From Candidatus Saccharimonadales bacterium (GTDB lineage Bacteria > Patescibacteriota > Saccharimonadia > Saccharimonadales > Saccharimonadaceae): 48,321 nucleotides of DNA. The DNA is taken from contig DASUVJ010000032.1 of NCBI GenBank assembly GCA_036378995.1, forward strand, positions 1 through 48,321, given 5' to 3'. The translations under genes and the position numbers were made by a program. Positions 34,766 to 45,139 of the stretch are shown here, piece by piece (positions within the stretch are counted from its first letter, which is position 1; each line of letters starts with the position of its first letter). The notes beneath the pieces were generated by a model. It saw nothing but the letters and a program-made list of their open reading frames with translations. It was not told the DNA's origin and did no database searches.

Positions 34766-34949
34766 GAAAACTCCTGTTATTTCATTATTTTGGGACGAGA
34801 ATGTCCCTGGTTTTATGATTTGGATTCAGCATCTCCGCCTCATGTCATTCTCTTTAGCGTCCGGTTGGTGTGTACACATTCAATTCACCGCTTGGTCTAA
34901 AAAGAGGAAACTCACCTGCAATAATAACAGATGAGTCGAATAAATTCAA

Positions 34950-35345
34950 GTTGTAGGGCCCGGAGGGCGGACTCGAGGGGCGTGTGCCCGGCTCGTGTCC
35001 GCCCCCTCAGGCGTCGTGCAGGACCGCGTCAGCACTCCAGGGCGTACGGTGTCTCCAGGCGGAGCCACGACGCCAGGGAGTGCTGGCCGGACTTGTCGAG
35101 GGCGGTAGCCGCCTTCGACCAGGACCCGTCGTTGACGAGCACCTGTACCTCCTCGGACGCTCGGTCCAGTCCGGACCTGACGTTCTCCGGGAGGGTCAGA
35201 AGGGCACCCCGAGCCACCAGTTGGCGGTGCTCCAGTTCGGCCGCAGCTGCGGCCTCCTTGGCCTCCTTCTCGGACATCGGCGTCCGAGGAAGAGTGGTTG
35301 CGGTGGGTTCGGCCAGTGTTGTCACCTTGATCATCCCCTGATCGT
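34950..35345. other. GC-rich compositional island 3
   Basis: Line 35101-35160 has 41/60 G+C. Four overlapping long ORFs on both strands occur only here. Confidence 0.85.
34963..35008 (-). terminator. GC-rich hairpin 3' of the island-3 ORF (no U-run)
   Basis: GGGCGGAC (34965-34972) pairs with GTCCGCCC (34997-35004). Confidence 0.4.
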
Positions 35346-35361
35346 TGTCTTGCACTTGCAT
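35029..35361 (-). CDS. orphan small protein (about 82-110 aa; start uncertain) with actinobacterial-type codon usage
   Basis: This frame has G/C-rich third positions: ...MSEKEAKEAAAAAELEHRQLVARGALLTLPENVRSGLDRASEEVQVLVNDGSWSKAATALDKSGQHSLASWLRLETPYALEC. Candidate starts are 35361, 35334 and 35277. No family recognised. Confidence 0.55.
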   Translation of the reverse strand: MQVQDNDQGMIKVTTLAEPTATTLPRTPMSEKEAKEAAAAAELEHRQLVARGALLTLPENVRSGLDRASEEVQVLVNDGSWSKAATALDKSGQHSLASWLRLETPYALEC

Positions 35362-35402
35362 ACGCCGTGCTTTTGTTGCGTAGCACGATGTATGGTGTAT
35401 GT

Positions 35403-35431
35403 ATCATACTCCTTTATTGTGCTTATGTCAA
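35403..35431 (-). promoter_or_regulatory. near-consensus promoter; probably the native rpsL-rpsG promoter, now reading into island 3
   Basis: Minus strand reads TTGACA (35426-35431) - 17 nt - TATGAT (35403-35408), immediately after the rpoC terminator. Confidence 0.65.
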
Positions 35432-35448
35432 TAGCAACTATCACCAAT

Positions 35449-35485
35449 AAAAACATCCCCGCCATTTCTAGCGGGGATGTTTTGT
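35449..35485 (-). terminator. intrinsic terminator after rpoC
   Basis: acatccccgc (35453-35462) pairs with gcggggatgt (35471-35480). On the minus strand TTTTTATT follows. Confidence 0.85.
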
Positions 35486-35500
35486 TTGCGATGTTGCTTC

Positions 35501-38500
35501 TTATGAAGCAACAATCTCTTCGACATCTTCGGCGATTTCCTCGGCCAAAGCTTCGTCGGTAGGCTCGTCGGTCTCGGCGCCGGTTCCTACAGGAATCTTG
35601 CGTCCGATAATGACGTTTTCCTTTAGACCGTGCAGGCGGTCAGCACGTCCACTAGTGGCAGCGTTGATAAGCACGCGGGTCGTGTCCTGGAATGACGCAG
35701 CAGATAGCCAGCTGTCGCTCCAGATAGAGACCTTGGTAATACCAAGCAGCAACTGTGTGTAGCCAACAAGTTCTTTACCTTCAGCAGCCAGTTCGGCATT
35801 CGCCTCAACGACAGCTGCCTTAGAGACGATGTCGCCAGTAACGAATGCGCTGTCACCTGGGTCTTCGACCTGAACACGTGAGAACATCTGTCGAACGATG
35901 ATCTCAAGGTGCTTGTCGGCAACGTCCTGACCCTGTGCGGCATAGATACGAAGCACTTCGTTAATGATGTAACGCTGAGTTGCTTCAGTACCCTTTAGGC
36001 GCATGAGGTCGTGGAGGTTTAACGAACCGATTGTCAGGCGGTCACCCGCTTCGACAGTATCGTTTGCACGAACAACCAGCTGAGCGCTGCCAGGAATCTC
36101 GTAGCGGACAGGCGCACCGGCGTTTGCAGCCAGTACAAGCGTGTCTTCAGCAATCTCTACAACTCCGTCAAATGGAGCAACGAGTGGCTTCGCTTCGCCT
36201 TCGGTAGTTGCAAGTACGTCACCAACCTTTACATTGCTGCCAGACTTAACGTTAACCGTACGGCCTTCAAGCTTGATACGCTCAACGTGACCAGCTTCAG
36301 GGGTAACCTGAACGATGTACTTCTTGCCATCTTCCCAGACATCAACCAGACCAGCGGTCTCAGTGATGTATGCCTGACCCTTTGGTGAACGGGCTTCAAA
36401 GAGCTCTTCAACACGAGGCAGACCCTGGGTGATGTCACCACCGGCTACACCACCGGCGTGGAAGGTACGAAGCGTCAGCTGGGTACCAGGCTCACCGACA
36501 GACTGGGCTGCGATCACGCCGACAGGCTGCGCCTTGTCAACGAGTGACCCAGTAGCCATGTCGATACCGTAGCTCTTCTGTGGGATACCGCGGAGGTTCT
36601 TGGTTGAAAGAACACTCTGGATCTTCACACTCTTTACTTCGGCGTCGGCTTCGATCGAGTCGGCGATTTCGCGGGTGATCAGCTCACCTGCCTTAACATG
36701 ACCTGCAACGTCTTCGGCAGAGAAACGGCCGAACAGACGGTTGCCAAAGTCGATCATGGTCAGTTCAGACTCACTGCGGTAGATTGCAAATCCTTCGTCT
36801 TCGCCCTCTTCGTCTTCAACAGTAAATACGTCCTGAGACACATCCACCAGACGACGAGTCAGGTAACCTGAGTCGGCGGTCTTAAGAGCGGTGTCGATCA
36901 GACCCTTACGAGCACCACGAGTAGCCACGAATGACTCCAGTGATGAAAGACCAGCGCGGTAGCTTGAACGGATAGGCAGCTCGATCTCACGGTTCGTCGC
37001 GTCCACCATGATACCAACCATGGCGCTTGCGAGCTTAACGTTCGAGATATCACCACGGGCACCTGAGTTAACCATCACGCTGATGCTGGTGTCCATGTTT
37101 TTAAGCTGTGACTGCAGGAACTCTGTTACCTGGCGGTCAACTGCGCGCCATGCGGCGACAGTAAGGTTGTAACGCTCTTCTTCGGTAATCAAACCTTGGT
37201 CAAACTGTTCAGAGATCAAGGTTGTCTTTGCGTCACCTTCGGCAACGAATTCGCTGATTTCTTCAAAGTGGAGGTAGTCGTCTTTACCGGTCGATACAGC
37301 GGCGACGGTCGCAAAGCGGAATGCAAGACCCTTCATGCGGTCAGCAGTCTTTGCGGTTTCTTCAGCACCGTACTTGTTAAAGATCTTAGCAAGCACCTTC
37401 TTTAGCTGCTTCTTGCTTTGTACGTTGTTGTCGTACGGGAAGTCTGCAGGCAGGATTTCGTTGAAGAATACGCGGCCAAGTGTCGTGTTGCGGAGTTCAC
37501 CCTTTGCTACGACACGGATAGGTGTCTGGAGCTGCAAGCGGCCGTTGTCGTATGCCATTTCAGCTTCGTAAACCGAGCTGTAGGCCTTAACGACGTCTGT
37601 CTGAGCGCTTGGCTTTTCGTAGGTAAGGTAGTAGTTACCAAGAACCACGTCCTGACCGATGTTAAGCACTGGCGCACCATCGGCAGGCTTCAATAGGTTG
37701 TTCGTAGCGCTCATCAGCTCACGAGCTTCACGCTGAGCTTCCTTTGAAAGCGGAAGGTGGACAGCCATCTGGTCACCGTCGTAGTCGGCGTTGAATCCGT
37801 TTGCAACGAGCGGGTGCAGCTGAATCGCCTTACCTTCTACGAGCTTAGGCTGGAAGGCCTGGATTGAAAGACGGTGGAGTGACGGCGCACGGTTAAGGAG
37901 TACGTACTTGCCTTCGATAACGGCGTCAAGTGCATCCCATACGAGTGCGTCACCAGCCTCGATTAGACGAGTTGCTGAACGGATGTTGTGCGCGTGCTCA
38001 CCGCGGATCAGCCAGCTAATAACGAATGGCTTGAACAGTTCGAGGGCCATCTGCTTTGGCAGACCACACTGGTTGATCTTTAGCTTTGGACCAACAACGA
38101 TAACTGAACGTCCAGAGTAGTCTACACGCTTACCAAGAAGGTTCTGACGGAAACGACCCTGCTTACCCTTCAGCATGTCGCTGATTGACTTAAGACGGCG
38201 GCGTCCACCGGTTGCGTTAACAGCACGGCCACCACGGGCGGCACTGTTGTCGATCAGGGCATCAACAGCTTCCTGGAGCATGCGCATCTCGTTGCGGCGG
38301 ATAACTTCAGGAGCGTTAAGATCGATCAGCTTCTTAAGACGGTTGTTACGGTTAATAACGCGACGGTAAAGGTCGTTAAGGTCACTGGTTGCAAAACGGC
38401 CACCGGTCAACTGAACCATCGGACGAAGGTCCGGAGGAATAACTGGAAGTACGGTTAGTGCAAGACTGTTTGGCTTGATACCTGCAGCGTGCATACCTTC

Positions 38501-39340
38501 AAGCACCTTAAGACGCTTGAGGAGTTTCTTTTCACGCTGACCCTTGGCGCCTTCGACTTCTTCTGAAAGCTGTGCAATCAGAACTTCGAGGTCGATTTCG
38601 TCAAGGAGTGCCTTAAGAGCCGTACCGCCCATACCAACAGTAACGAGTTCTTCGTACTCTTCTGGCAGGTTGCGGTAGTCGGTTTCGTTAAGAAGGGCGC
38701 CCTTTACGAGGCTTTCAAGCTGGGTCTTCTTAGTCGTGTAGCTTTCGTTAAGCTCTTCAACTTCACGGGACTGCTGTTCTGCAAGCGCCTTTACATCGGC
38801 ATTTTCGGCTTCTGCTTCGCGCTCGTAGCGGATCTTGATAGCGGCACGGCCTGCTTCAGTCTCTGCTTCAAGGTCAGCAAGGTATTGGTCGCGCTTCTCT
38901 TCGTTTGCGTCAAGGATGACGTAGGTAGCAAAGTAAGCAATACGTTCGAGGTTACGAACAGTAATACCGAGCAGGAGGCTCATTGCGCTTGGTGTACCGC
39001 GCATAAACCAGATGTGCGCAACAGGCGCAGCAAGCTGGATGTGACCCATACGTTCACGACGAACGATAGACTTAGTAACAAGTTCACCGTTCTTATCAAC
39101 AGCAGCTTCGCGTGAGCGAACACCCTTAAGCTTGCTGTCGTGCGGGTTAATATCTTTTACCGGTCCGAAGATACGCTCACAGAACAATCCGTCGCGCTCT
39201 GGCTTCTGGGTACGGTAGTTGATCGTTTCAGGCTTAGTGACTTCGCCGTAGCTCCATTTGAGGATGTCCTCTGGGCTGGCGACAGCGAGACGCACTGCGT
39301 CAAAGTCAGCGATACCGTTACTTGCGACAACTCGGCTCAT
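35501..39340 (-). CDS. rpoC: DNA-directed RNA polymerase subunit beta-prime
   Basis: Best start is ATG 39340 (MSRVVASNG..), with AAGGAAGGAGG upstream, 1 nt after the rpoB stop. Track start is 39373. Contains the NADYDGDQMAVH catalytic motif. Confidence 0.97.
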   Translation of the reverse strand: MSRVVASNGIADFDAVRLAVASPEDILKWSYGEVTKPETINYRTQKPERDGLFCERIFGPVKDINPHDSKLKGVRSREAAVDKNGELVTKSIVRRERMGHIQLAAPVAHIWFMRGTPSAMSLLLGITVRNLERIAYFATYVILDANEEKRDQYLADLEAETEAGRAAIKIRYEREAEAENADVKALAEQQSREVEELNESYTTKKTQLESLVKGALLNETDYRNLPEEYEELVTVGMGGTALKALLDEIDLEVLIAQLSEEVEGAKGQREKKLLKRLKVLEGMHAAGIKPNSLALTVLPVIPPDLRPMVQLTGGRFATSDLNDLYRRVINRNNRLKKLIDLNAPEVIRRNEMRMLQEAVDALIDNSAARGGRAVNATGGRRRLKSISDMLKGKQGRFRQNLLGKRVDYSGRSVIVVGPKLKINQCGLPKQMALELFKPFVISWLIRGEHAHNIRSATRLIEAGDALVWDALDAVIEGKYVLLNRAPSLHRLSIQAFQPKLVEGKAIQLHPLVANGFNADYDGDQMAVHLPLSKEAQREARELMSATNNLLKPADGAPVLNIGQDVVLGNYYLTYEKPSAQTDVVKAYSSVYEAEMAYDNGRLQLQTPIRVVAKGELRNTTLGRVFFNEILPADFPYDNNVQSKKQLKKVLAKIFNKYGAEETAKTADRMKGLAFRFATVAAVSTGKDDYLHFEEISEFVAEGDAKTTLISEQFDQGLITEEERYNLTVAAWRAVDRQVTEFLQSQLKNMDTSISVMVNSGARGDISNVKLASAMVGIMVDATNREIELPIRSSYRAGLSSLESFVATRGARKGLIDTALKTADSGYLTRRLVDVSQDVFTVEDEEGEDEGFAIYRSESELTMIDFGNRLFGRFSAEDVAGHVKAGELITREIADSIEADAEVKSVKIQSVLSTKNLRGIPQKSYGIDMATGSLVDKAQPVGVIAAQSVGEPGTQLTLRTFHAGGVAGGDITQGLPRVEELFEARSPKGQAYITETAGLVDVWEDGKKYIVQVTPEAGHVERIKLEGRTVNVKSGSNVKVGDVLATTEGEAKPLVAPFDGVVEIAEDTLVLAANAGAPVRYEIPGSAQLVVRANDTVEAGDRLTIGSLNLHDLMRLKGTEATQRYIINEVLRIYAAQGQDVADKHLEIIVRQMFSRVQVEDPGDSAFVTGDIVSKAAVVEANAELAAEGKELVGYTQLLLGITKVSIWSDSWLSAASFQDTTRVLINAATSGRADRLHGLKENVIIGRKIPVGTGAETDEPTDEALAEEIAEDVEEIVAS

Positions 39341-39341
39341 A

Positions 39342-42300
39342 TTACGCCTCCTTCCTTTCTTCAATTTCGTCAATGTCTTGGATACTCATTCCGTCTTCGA
39401 TGTCACCGATTTCGTCGGCTTCGTCAAGGATAGTTTCGGCGTTGTCGTCAGTATCAAGTGCTGGTACTGTCTTGTCTTCTGGGCCGCTTTCGGCGATAAC
39501 CTTTTCGGCATCGATAACCGCGTCTTCAGACTCGTCAAGCAAGTCAACACGCAGACCAAGTCCCTGGAGTTCCTTCACGAGAACATTGAATGACTCTGGA
39601 AGCTTTGGACCAACGATTGGTTCGCTCTTGATGATTGATTCGTAAGCCTTGGCACGTCCGTAAACGTCGTCAGACTTAATGGTAAGCATTTCCTGAAGGG
39701 TTGCTGCAGCACCGTATGCTTCGAGTGCCCAAACCTCCATCTCACCAAATCGCTGACCACCGTTTTGTGCCTTACCACCAAGTGGCTGCTGGGTAACCAT
39801 AGTGTATGGACCAGTCGATCGGGCGTGAATCTTGTCGCTAACCATGTGGTGCAGCTTAATCATATGCATGACACCAACGGTAGTACGTTCTTCAAACGGT
39901 TCACCGGTGCGGCCGTCAAACAGCTGACTCTTACCGTCGCGGGCAAAGCCGGCTTTTTCAAGCTCGTCGCTAATGACTTCGTTTGGAACACCGTTAAATG
40001 GAGGCGTTGCAACTTTGTAGCCAAGAGCCCGAGCCGCCATACCAAGGTGGGTTTCAAACAGCTGACCGATGTTCATACGAGATGGCACACCGAGCGGGTT
40101 CAAGACGACATCTACTGGAGTACCGTCTTCCATGAATGGCATATCCTGTACCGGGAGGATACGTGCGACCACACCCTTGTTACCATGACGACCTGCAAGC
40201 TTGTCACCTACAGAGATCTTGCGGAGCTGCGCTACGAAGATCTGGATCTGCATCAGTACACCAGCTTTTAGTTCGTGGCCGTTCTCGCGTGAGAAGATCT
40301 TCACGCCAACAACCTTACCGCCACCGGCGTTGTTCATGCGCTGTGAAGTATCACGGACATCCTTGGCTTTTTCACCGAAGATGGCACGGAGGAGGCGCTC
40401 TTCAGAGCTGAGTTCCTGCTCACCCTTTGGTGTAATCTTACCAACAAGTACGTCACCGGCCTTCACCTCTGAACCTACCTGAATGATACCGTTTTCGTCG
40501 AGGTGACGAAGTGATTCTTCAGATACGTTAGGGATGTCGCGGGTAACGATTTCTGGACCAAGCTTGGTTTCGCGGACTTCTACGGTGTAATCCTTGATAT
40601 TGATGCTGGTCAGAGCATCTTCTTTAACAATGCGGTCAGAAAGCACGATCGCGTCGTCCATGTTATAACCGCCCCATGGCATGAAGGCAACCGTAAGGTC
40701 GCGACCAAGTGCGAGTTCGCCGTCAGCAATAGAGGCGCCTTCGATCAGGGTGTCCCCCTTCTTTACCTTGTCACCGCGCATTACACGGGTCTTCTGGTTG
40801 ATCGAGCGGTCGTCGTTAGACTTTGAGAAGTGAACGAGTTCGTATACTTTTACACCGTCTTTGTACTTAACGTGAACTTCATCGGCATCGGCACGAACAA
40901 CTTCACCATCGCCTTCAGCGGTGATCAGCTGGCTGGTGTTCTTGGCAAGTTCTGCCTCGATACCAGTACCAACAGTCGGAGACTGTGGAGTAAGTAGTGG
41001 TACGGCCTGCTTCTGCATGTTTGAACCGGTAAGAGATCGGTCAACACGGTTTTTCTCGATGAATGGCACGAGTGATGCGGTCGAACCAAGGATTTGCTTG
41101 TGGGCAGCGTCCATGTACGATACTTCGCTTACGTCAACCTGTTCTGGGTTGAGGTACTTGCGAGCACTCACACGTTCGTCGGTAAAGGTACCGTCTTCGT
41201 TGAGTTCTGCACCGGCGTCGGCGATAACCTCGGTAAGTTCCTGTGAAGCGTCAAGATAAACGACTTCGTCAGTCACCTTGCCGTCAACTACCTTAAGGTA
41301 TGGAGTTTCGATAAAGCCGTATTCGTTAACGCGGGCGTAGGTTGCAAGGTTAAGCACCAGACCAATGTTGGCACCTTCAGGCGTTTCTACAGAACAAAGG
41401 CGCCCGTAGTGCGTTGGGTGAGCGTCACGGACGTCAAATCCGGCACGTTCGCGTGAAAGACCACCAGGGCCCATTGAGCTGAGGCGGCGCTTGTGCGAAA
41501 GCTCTGAAAGTGGGTTTACTTCGTCCATCAGCTGTGAAAGCTGTGAACTTGCGAAGAATTCACGAACAGCGGCGACGACAGGACGAGCGTTAATGAGCTG
41601 GCCTGGAGTAACTGTCTCGAGGTCAGACATAGACATGCGGTCCATTGCGTTACGCTGCATGCGGAGCATACCAACGCGGAACTGGCGGGCAACAAGTTCG
41701 CCAACCAATTTAACGCGGCGGTTTGAAAGCGCGTCGATGTCATCGGCAGCTTCCTGAGTGTTGTTAAGACGGATGATTTCCTTAACGATAGCGATAAGGT
41801 CGCTCATCTGGAATACACGGTTTTCAGTCGTGTTGGCAACTTCCAGGTTAAGGCGCTGGTTAAGCTTGTAGCGGCCGACGCGGCTGTAGTCGAAGCGCTT
41901 GAAGTCAAAGAACATGCGCTCGATCATGCTACGGGCGTTGTCAACGGTAGCAAGATCACCTGGTCGCAGACGGCGGTAAACCTCAATGAGAGCTTCGTTA
42001 GCGCCGCGTGCTGGGTCTTTTTCAAGGGTAGCGTCGATGTACTTAACATCGCCGTTGTCTACATCCTCGAAGAGGCTCTTGATTTCGGACGTCTTACTGT
42101 GACCAAGGGCTCGCAAAAGTGTCGTGACAGGCAGCTTGCGGCGGCGGTCGATCTTAACGTAAATAGTACCGTTAGATGCGGTCTCGAATTCAAGCCATGC
42201 GCCACGGCCTGGGATCAGTTTCGCACCGTAGTAATTGCGGCCGTTTGAAGCGTCAGCAGTAAAGAAGACACCAGCAGAACGGATCAGTTGAGAAACGACG

Positions 42301-42692
42301 ACACGCTCAGTACCATTAATAATAAAGGTACCGCGGTCAGTCATCCATGGGTAGTCACCTAGGTAGATTTCCTGCTCTTTGACTTCGCCGGTAACCTTGT
42401 TGGTCAGCTCGACATTTGCGTGCAAAGGCGCATCGAAAGTAAGATTGTTTTCTTTCGCATCCTGTTCACTTGTCTTTGGATCCTGGAACTTGTAGTTGTT
42501 GAATCGCAGTTCCAACTTTTGACCGGTGTAATCGTCGATCGGGTTAAGTTCTGCAAAAATCTCACTCAAACCAGTCTCGACGAATTCACGCCAAGAATCT
42601 TTCTGGTGAGCGATAAGGTTTGGTAGCGGCAGTGCCGTGTCATCTTTCGTAAAGAAAACACGCCCTGTCGCACTAGGCTTGGTCTTGGCCAC
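39342..42692 (-). CDS. rpoB: DNA-directed RNA polymerase subunit beta
   Basis: 1116 aa. GTG start with GAGGAG upstream. Conserved SQLSQLMDEVNPLSELSHKRR and GEMEVWALEAYGAA segments. Confidence 0.97.
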   Translation of the reverse strand: MAKTKPSATGRVFFTKDDTALPLPNLIAHQKDSWREFVETGLSEIFAELNPIDDYTGQKLELRFNNYKFQDPKTSEQDAKENNLTFDAPLHANVELTNKVTGEVKEQEIYLGDYPWMTDRGTFIINGTERVVVSQLIRSAGVFFTADASNGRNYYGAKLIPGRGAWLEFETASNGTIYVKIDRRRKLPVTTLLRALGHSKTSEIKSLFEDVDNGDVKYIDATLEKDPARGANEALIEVYRRLRPGDLATVDNARSMIERMFFDFKRFDYSRVGRYKLNQRLNLEVANTTENRVFQMSDLIAIVKEIIRLNNTQEAADDIDALSNRRVKLVGELVARQFRVGMLRMQRNAMDRMSMSDLETVTPGQLINARPVVAAVREFFASSQLSQLMDEVNPLSELSHKRRLSSMGPGGLSRERAGFDVRDAHPTHYGRLCSVETPEGANIGLVLNLATYARVNEYGFIETPYLKVVDGKVTDEVVYLDASQELTEVIADAGAELNEDGTFTDERVSARKYLNPEQVDVSEVSYMDAAHKQILGSTASLVPFIEKNRVDRSLTGSNMQKQAVPLLTPQSPTVGTGIEAELAKNTSQLITAEGDGEVVRADADEVHVKYKDGVKVYELVHFSKSNDDRSINQKTRVMRGDKVKKGDTLIEGASIADGELALGRDLTVAFMPWGGYNMDDAIVLSDRIVKEDALTSINIKDYTVEVRETKLGPEIVTRDIPNVSEESLRHLDENGIIQVGSEVKAGDVLVGKITPKGEQELSSEERLLRAIFGEKAKDVRDTSQRMNNAGGGKVVGVKIFSRENGHELKAGVLMQIQIFVAQLRKISVGDKLAGRHGNKGVVARILPVQDMPFMEDGTPVDVVLNPLGVPSRMNIGQLFETHLGMAARALGYKVATPPFNGVPNEVISDELEKAGFARDGKSQLFDGRTGEPFEERTTVGVMHMIKLHHMVSDKIHARSTGPYTMVTQQPLGGKAQNGGQRFGEMEVWALEAYGAAATLQEMLTIKSDDVYGRAKAYESIIKSEPIVGPKLPESFNVLVKELQGLGLRVDLLDESEDAVIDAEKVIAESGPEDKTVPALDTDDNAETILDEADEIGDIEDGMSIQDIDEIEERKEA

Positions 42693-42830
42693 GCTTTGCT
42701 CCTCGCTGTTAGTACTTGTTTTAGTGATTGATAGAATCGGCGCCGAAGATTCCTAATTATGGTTGCTGCCTAGTCGTTGCCACCTGTCCAGAGAGCATGA
42801 TTAACCACAATACACTACTTCTTGGTACTT

Positions 42831-42859
42831 ATTGTGCGGGTTAGTTGGCAAATAGTCAA
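42831..42859 (-). promoter_or_regulatory. candidate promoter for rpoBC
   Basis: Minus strand reads TTGACT (42854-42859) - 17 nt - CACAAT (42831-42836). The leader is about 135 nt. Confidence 0.45.
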
Positions 42860-42871
42860 GAGAAAATGATC

Positions 42872-43651
42872 TTAATAATCAATCTTTTCCGCGTTTTTCC
42901 AGTATAACTCAAAAATGCTCTTCATTGTATGTGCAAAGCCTGCGTTGATAATCTCCACCCCGACTCGCTTTTCATCGGTAAAATGATAAATACACACTGT
43001 GTCGTTATAAATCACCATCGGAGTAGCGACAGGTAGCTCCTCTTCGGATACGCGACGAGCCTCATAAAGTGCGAGATATTCTTTGTTAACGGTAAAATCA
43101 GGACTTCTATCCGATTCGTTATAAATTTCACGCAGCCGATACCCGCGCTCAACGGTCCGTTCACGCATCCGCTCCGCCCAACCGTGATCAATGACCATAT
43201 CCTCGATAGTCGTATTCCCAAAGGTCAAAAGCTCACCTTTTGTTTGCAACTCGCGCCACTGCATCTGACGAAGACCGTCAGTCCCCTCGTACGTATGAAT
43301 TACGAATGGATTCTTGGTGTTCTTATATAGCGCAAACAGATCGGGGATAGTATCCTCCAGCACCTCTCGCTGTCGCTGTAATTGAGTCTCTTGTGCGGTC
43401 AATTCAATCTCAAGCGCATTTGGATCATTCGCCACCAAGAATGTCCCTCGGTCATCGGTGCGTCTTGACACAAGGCCCCTTCCCTCCAGCTGTTCAATAA
43501 GGCGATACACTTTTGAGCGATTAATGCCCGTCGCACGTGAAAGCCCCAAGTGCGTGTTCGGCGCCTCAAGCAGATCCATATATAACACCGCTTCATCCTT
43601 TAATAGATTAAGACGCTCTAATTTTTTCCTGACATTCTGCTTGTTGTTCAT
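42872..43651 (-). CDS. TrmB-family winged-helix transcriptional regulator
   Basis: 259 aa. N-terminal LKDEAVLYMDLLEAPNTHLGLSRATGINRSKVYRLIEQLEGRGLVSRR wHTH. Confidence 0.7.
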   Translation of the reverse strand: MNNKQNVRKKLERLNLLKDEAVLYMDLLEAPNTHLGLSRATGINRSKVYRLIEQLEGRGLVSRRTDDRGTFLVANDPNALEIELTAQETQLQRQREVLEDTIPDLFALYKNTKNPFVIHTYEGTDGLRQMQWRELQTKGELLTFGNTTIEDMVIDHGWAERMRERTVERGYRLREIYNESDRSPDFTVNKEYLALYEARRVSEEELPVATPMVIYNDTVCIYHFTDEKRVGVEIINAGFAHTMKSIFELYWKNAEKIDY

Positions 43652-43715
43652 TGTAGTGAACAGTTTACTCTATAAGTTCATTAGGCGCTACATTGTTTTG
43701 ACAAAGGAGCAACCA

Positions 43716-44540
43716 ATGACTGAACATCTCAGCCCTCGTCCTGCCGACGAGGCTAATTGGAAATGGACAAAAAAAGCCATCGGCGACTATATTGACAGTA
43801 ATTACCGAGTAGTAACTCGCGAAGACAGAATCCTTGGTAATACCATGATCACATCAGCCGCGTCATATGACCGCGAACTGGCGCACAACTCCAGCAGGAA
43901 ACGAAGACTCATGCGCAGCTTAAACAAGGTTGCTATCATCGGCACTTGTGGTGTCCCGCGCGGTGCTGCCCTATTTTCACCACTTATGGAGGATGACGGC
44001 ACCATTGAAACAAGCGACCGAGAAGAGACAACTGTCGAGGTGACACGCGAAACCATGGGGCAATTGGCGCTTGGACAGCTGGGCATATGGAGCCCTCATC
44101 AAGACGAGTTTACCTTTGCGAATCCTGCTTGGGGCGACTCTTTTATGCGCGCAGGACAACTCGCCACGGTCGTTCAGCGTGACCTTCACACCTTGCAGCC
44201 TCGTTCACTCCAGGGGCTTGGAGCAGAATATGTCTTCGGCTCACGTACGCGTGACCTTAATGAGTACAGAGACACCAAGGCAATTGCGTGTGAAGCGCTC
44301 GAGCCCGGCGGACTTTTCTATGAAACATGGACACATAAAGCAGGCGATTATTTAGTGGGGGACGAGTGGCAACCCGGGCTTTACATCGATGAGGACGAGG
44401 CACTCAGCAGCACAAGAAGAAACAACATGGACATCATCGCCATGGTAGTAAGTGACGCATCCCATCAAGCGCGGTCTGGTGGGGAGGATTCTCATCAATA
44501 CGGCGGCATGGGCGCAATACTCGCCGTTAAAAAGTTCTAG
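43716..44540 (+). CDS. hypothetical protein (274 aa), no family recognised
   Basis: Best start is ATG 43716, with AAAGGAG 6 nt upstream. The track ORF start at 43458 overlaps the divergent regulator. The 3' end overlaps the clpP stop by 4 nt. Confidence 0.6.
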   Translation: MTEHLSPRPADEANWKWTKKAIGDYIDSNYRVVTREDRILGNTMITSAASYDRELAHNSSRKRRLMRSLNKVAIIGTCGVPRGAALFSPLMEDDGTIETSDREETTVEVTRETMGQLALGQLGIWSPHQDEFTFANPAWGDSFMRAGQLATVVQRDLHTLQPRSLQGLGAEYVFGSRTRDLNEYRDTKAIACEALEPGGLFYETWTHKAGDYLVGDEWQPGLYIDEDEALSSTRRNNMDIIAMVVSDASHQARSGGEDSHQYGGMGAILAVKKF

Positions 44541-45133
44541 GCTTTTTCGATGACTTCGTCGATAAGGCCGTACTTTTTAGCCTCTTCCGCACTCATCCAG
44601 TAATCACGGTCGGAGTCCTTCTCGATTTTAGAAAGTTTTTGGCCTGTGTTTTTAGCGAGGATCTCGTTAAGACGCTGTTTCAAGAACAAACTCTCTCGCA
44701 GTGTAATCTCTTGGTCGGTAACCTTTCCCTGGGTACCACTCGATGGCTGGTGAATCATGATACGACTGTTGGGAAGCGCAAAACGCTTGCCTTTTGCACC
44801 ACTTGAAAGCAGGAACGATCCCATGCTCGCCTGAAGACCGATACCAATCGTCATGACATCGGGCGAAATATATTGGATAGTGTCGTAGATAGCCAAGCCG
44901 TCGTAGACACTGCCACCGGGGCTGTTGATATAAAGTTTTATATCCTTCTTAGGATCTTCGTAGGCAAGGTGAAGGAGCTGCGCCACAACGATATTTGCCG
45001 TGTGCTCGTTGACATCCTCCCCTAAGAAGATGATTCGTTCGTTGAGTAGACGGCTATAGATGTCAAAAGCCCGCTCACCGTCGTGTGTTTTTTCGATGAC
45101 CGTTGGAACTAAGTAACTACCTGGCTTATTCAT
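44537..45133 (-). CDS. clpP: ATP-dependent Clp protease proteolytic subunit
   Basis: Best start is ATG 45133 ([14 protein letters not shown].., 198 aa). Catalytic Ser in [11 protein letters not shown] and His in RIMIHQP. Confidence 0.95.
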   Translation of the reverse strand: MNKPGSYLVPTVIEKTHDGERAFDIYSRLLNERIIFLGEDVNEHTANIVVAQLLHLAYEDPKKDIKLYINSPGGSVYDGLAIYDTIQYISPDVMTIGIGLQASMGSFLLSSGAKGKRFALPNSRIMIHQPSSGTQGKVTDQEITLRESLFLKQRLNEILAKNTGQKLSKIEKDSDRDYWMSAEEAKKYGLIDEVIEKA

Positions 45134-45139
45134 ATACTT

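Noticed and set aside
34929-34942. CAGATGAGTCGAA next to island 3, and AGATGAGAAAC in the island-4 hairpin, as degenerate hammerhead cores
   Set aside because: U4 is replaced and no stem II exists. GATGAG is a 6-mer expected about a dozen times per strand in this window.
34931-35562. ORFs 34931..35341 (+), 34946..35407 (-) and 34984..35562 (+) in island 3
   Set aside because: These are Arg/Ser/Pro-rich shadow frames. One runs through the rpoC terminator and the promoter. Only the 35029..35361 minus frame shows coding-like codon bias.
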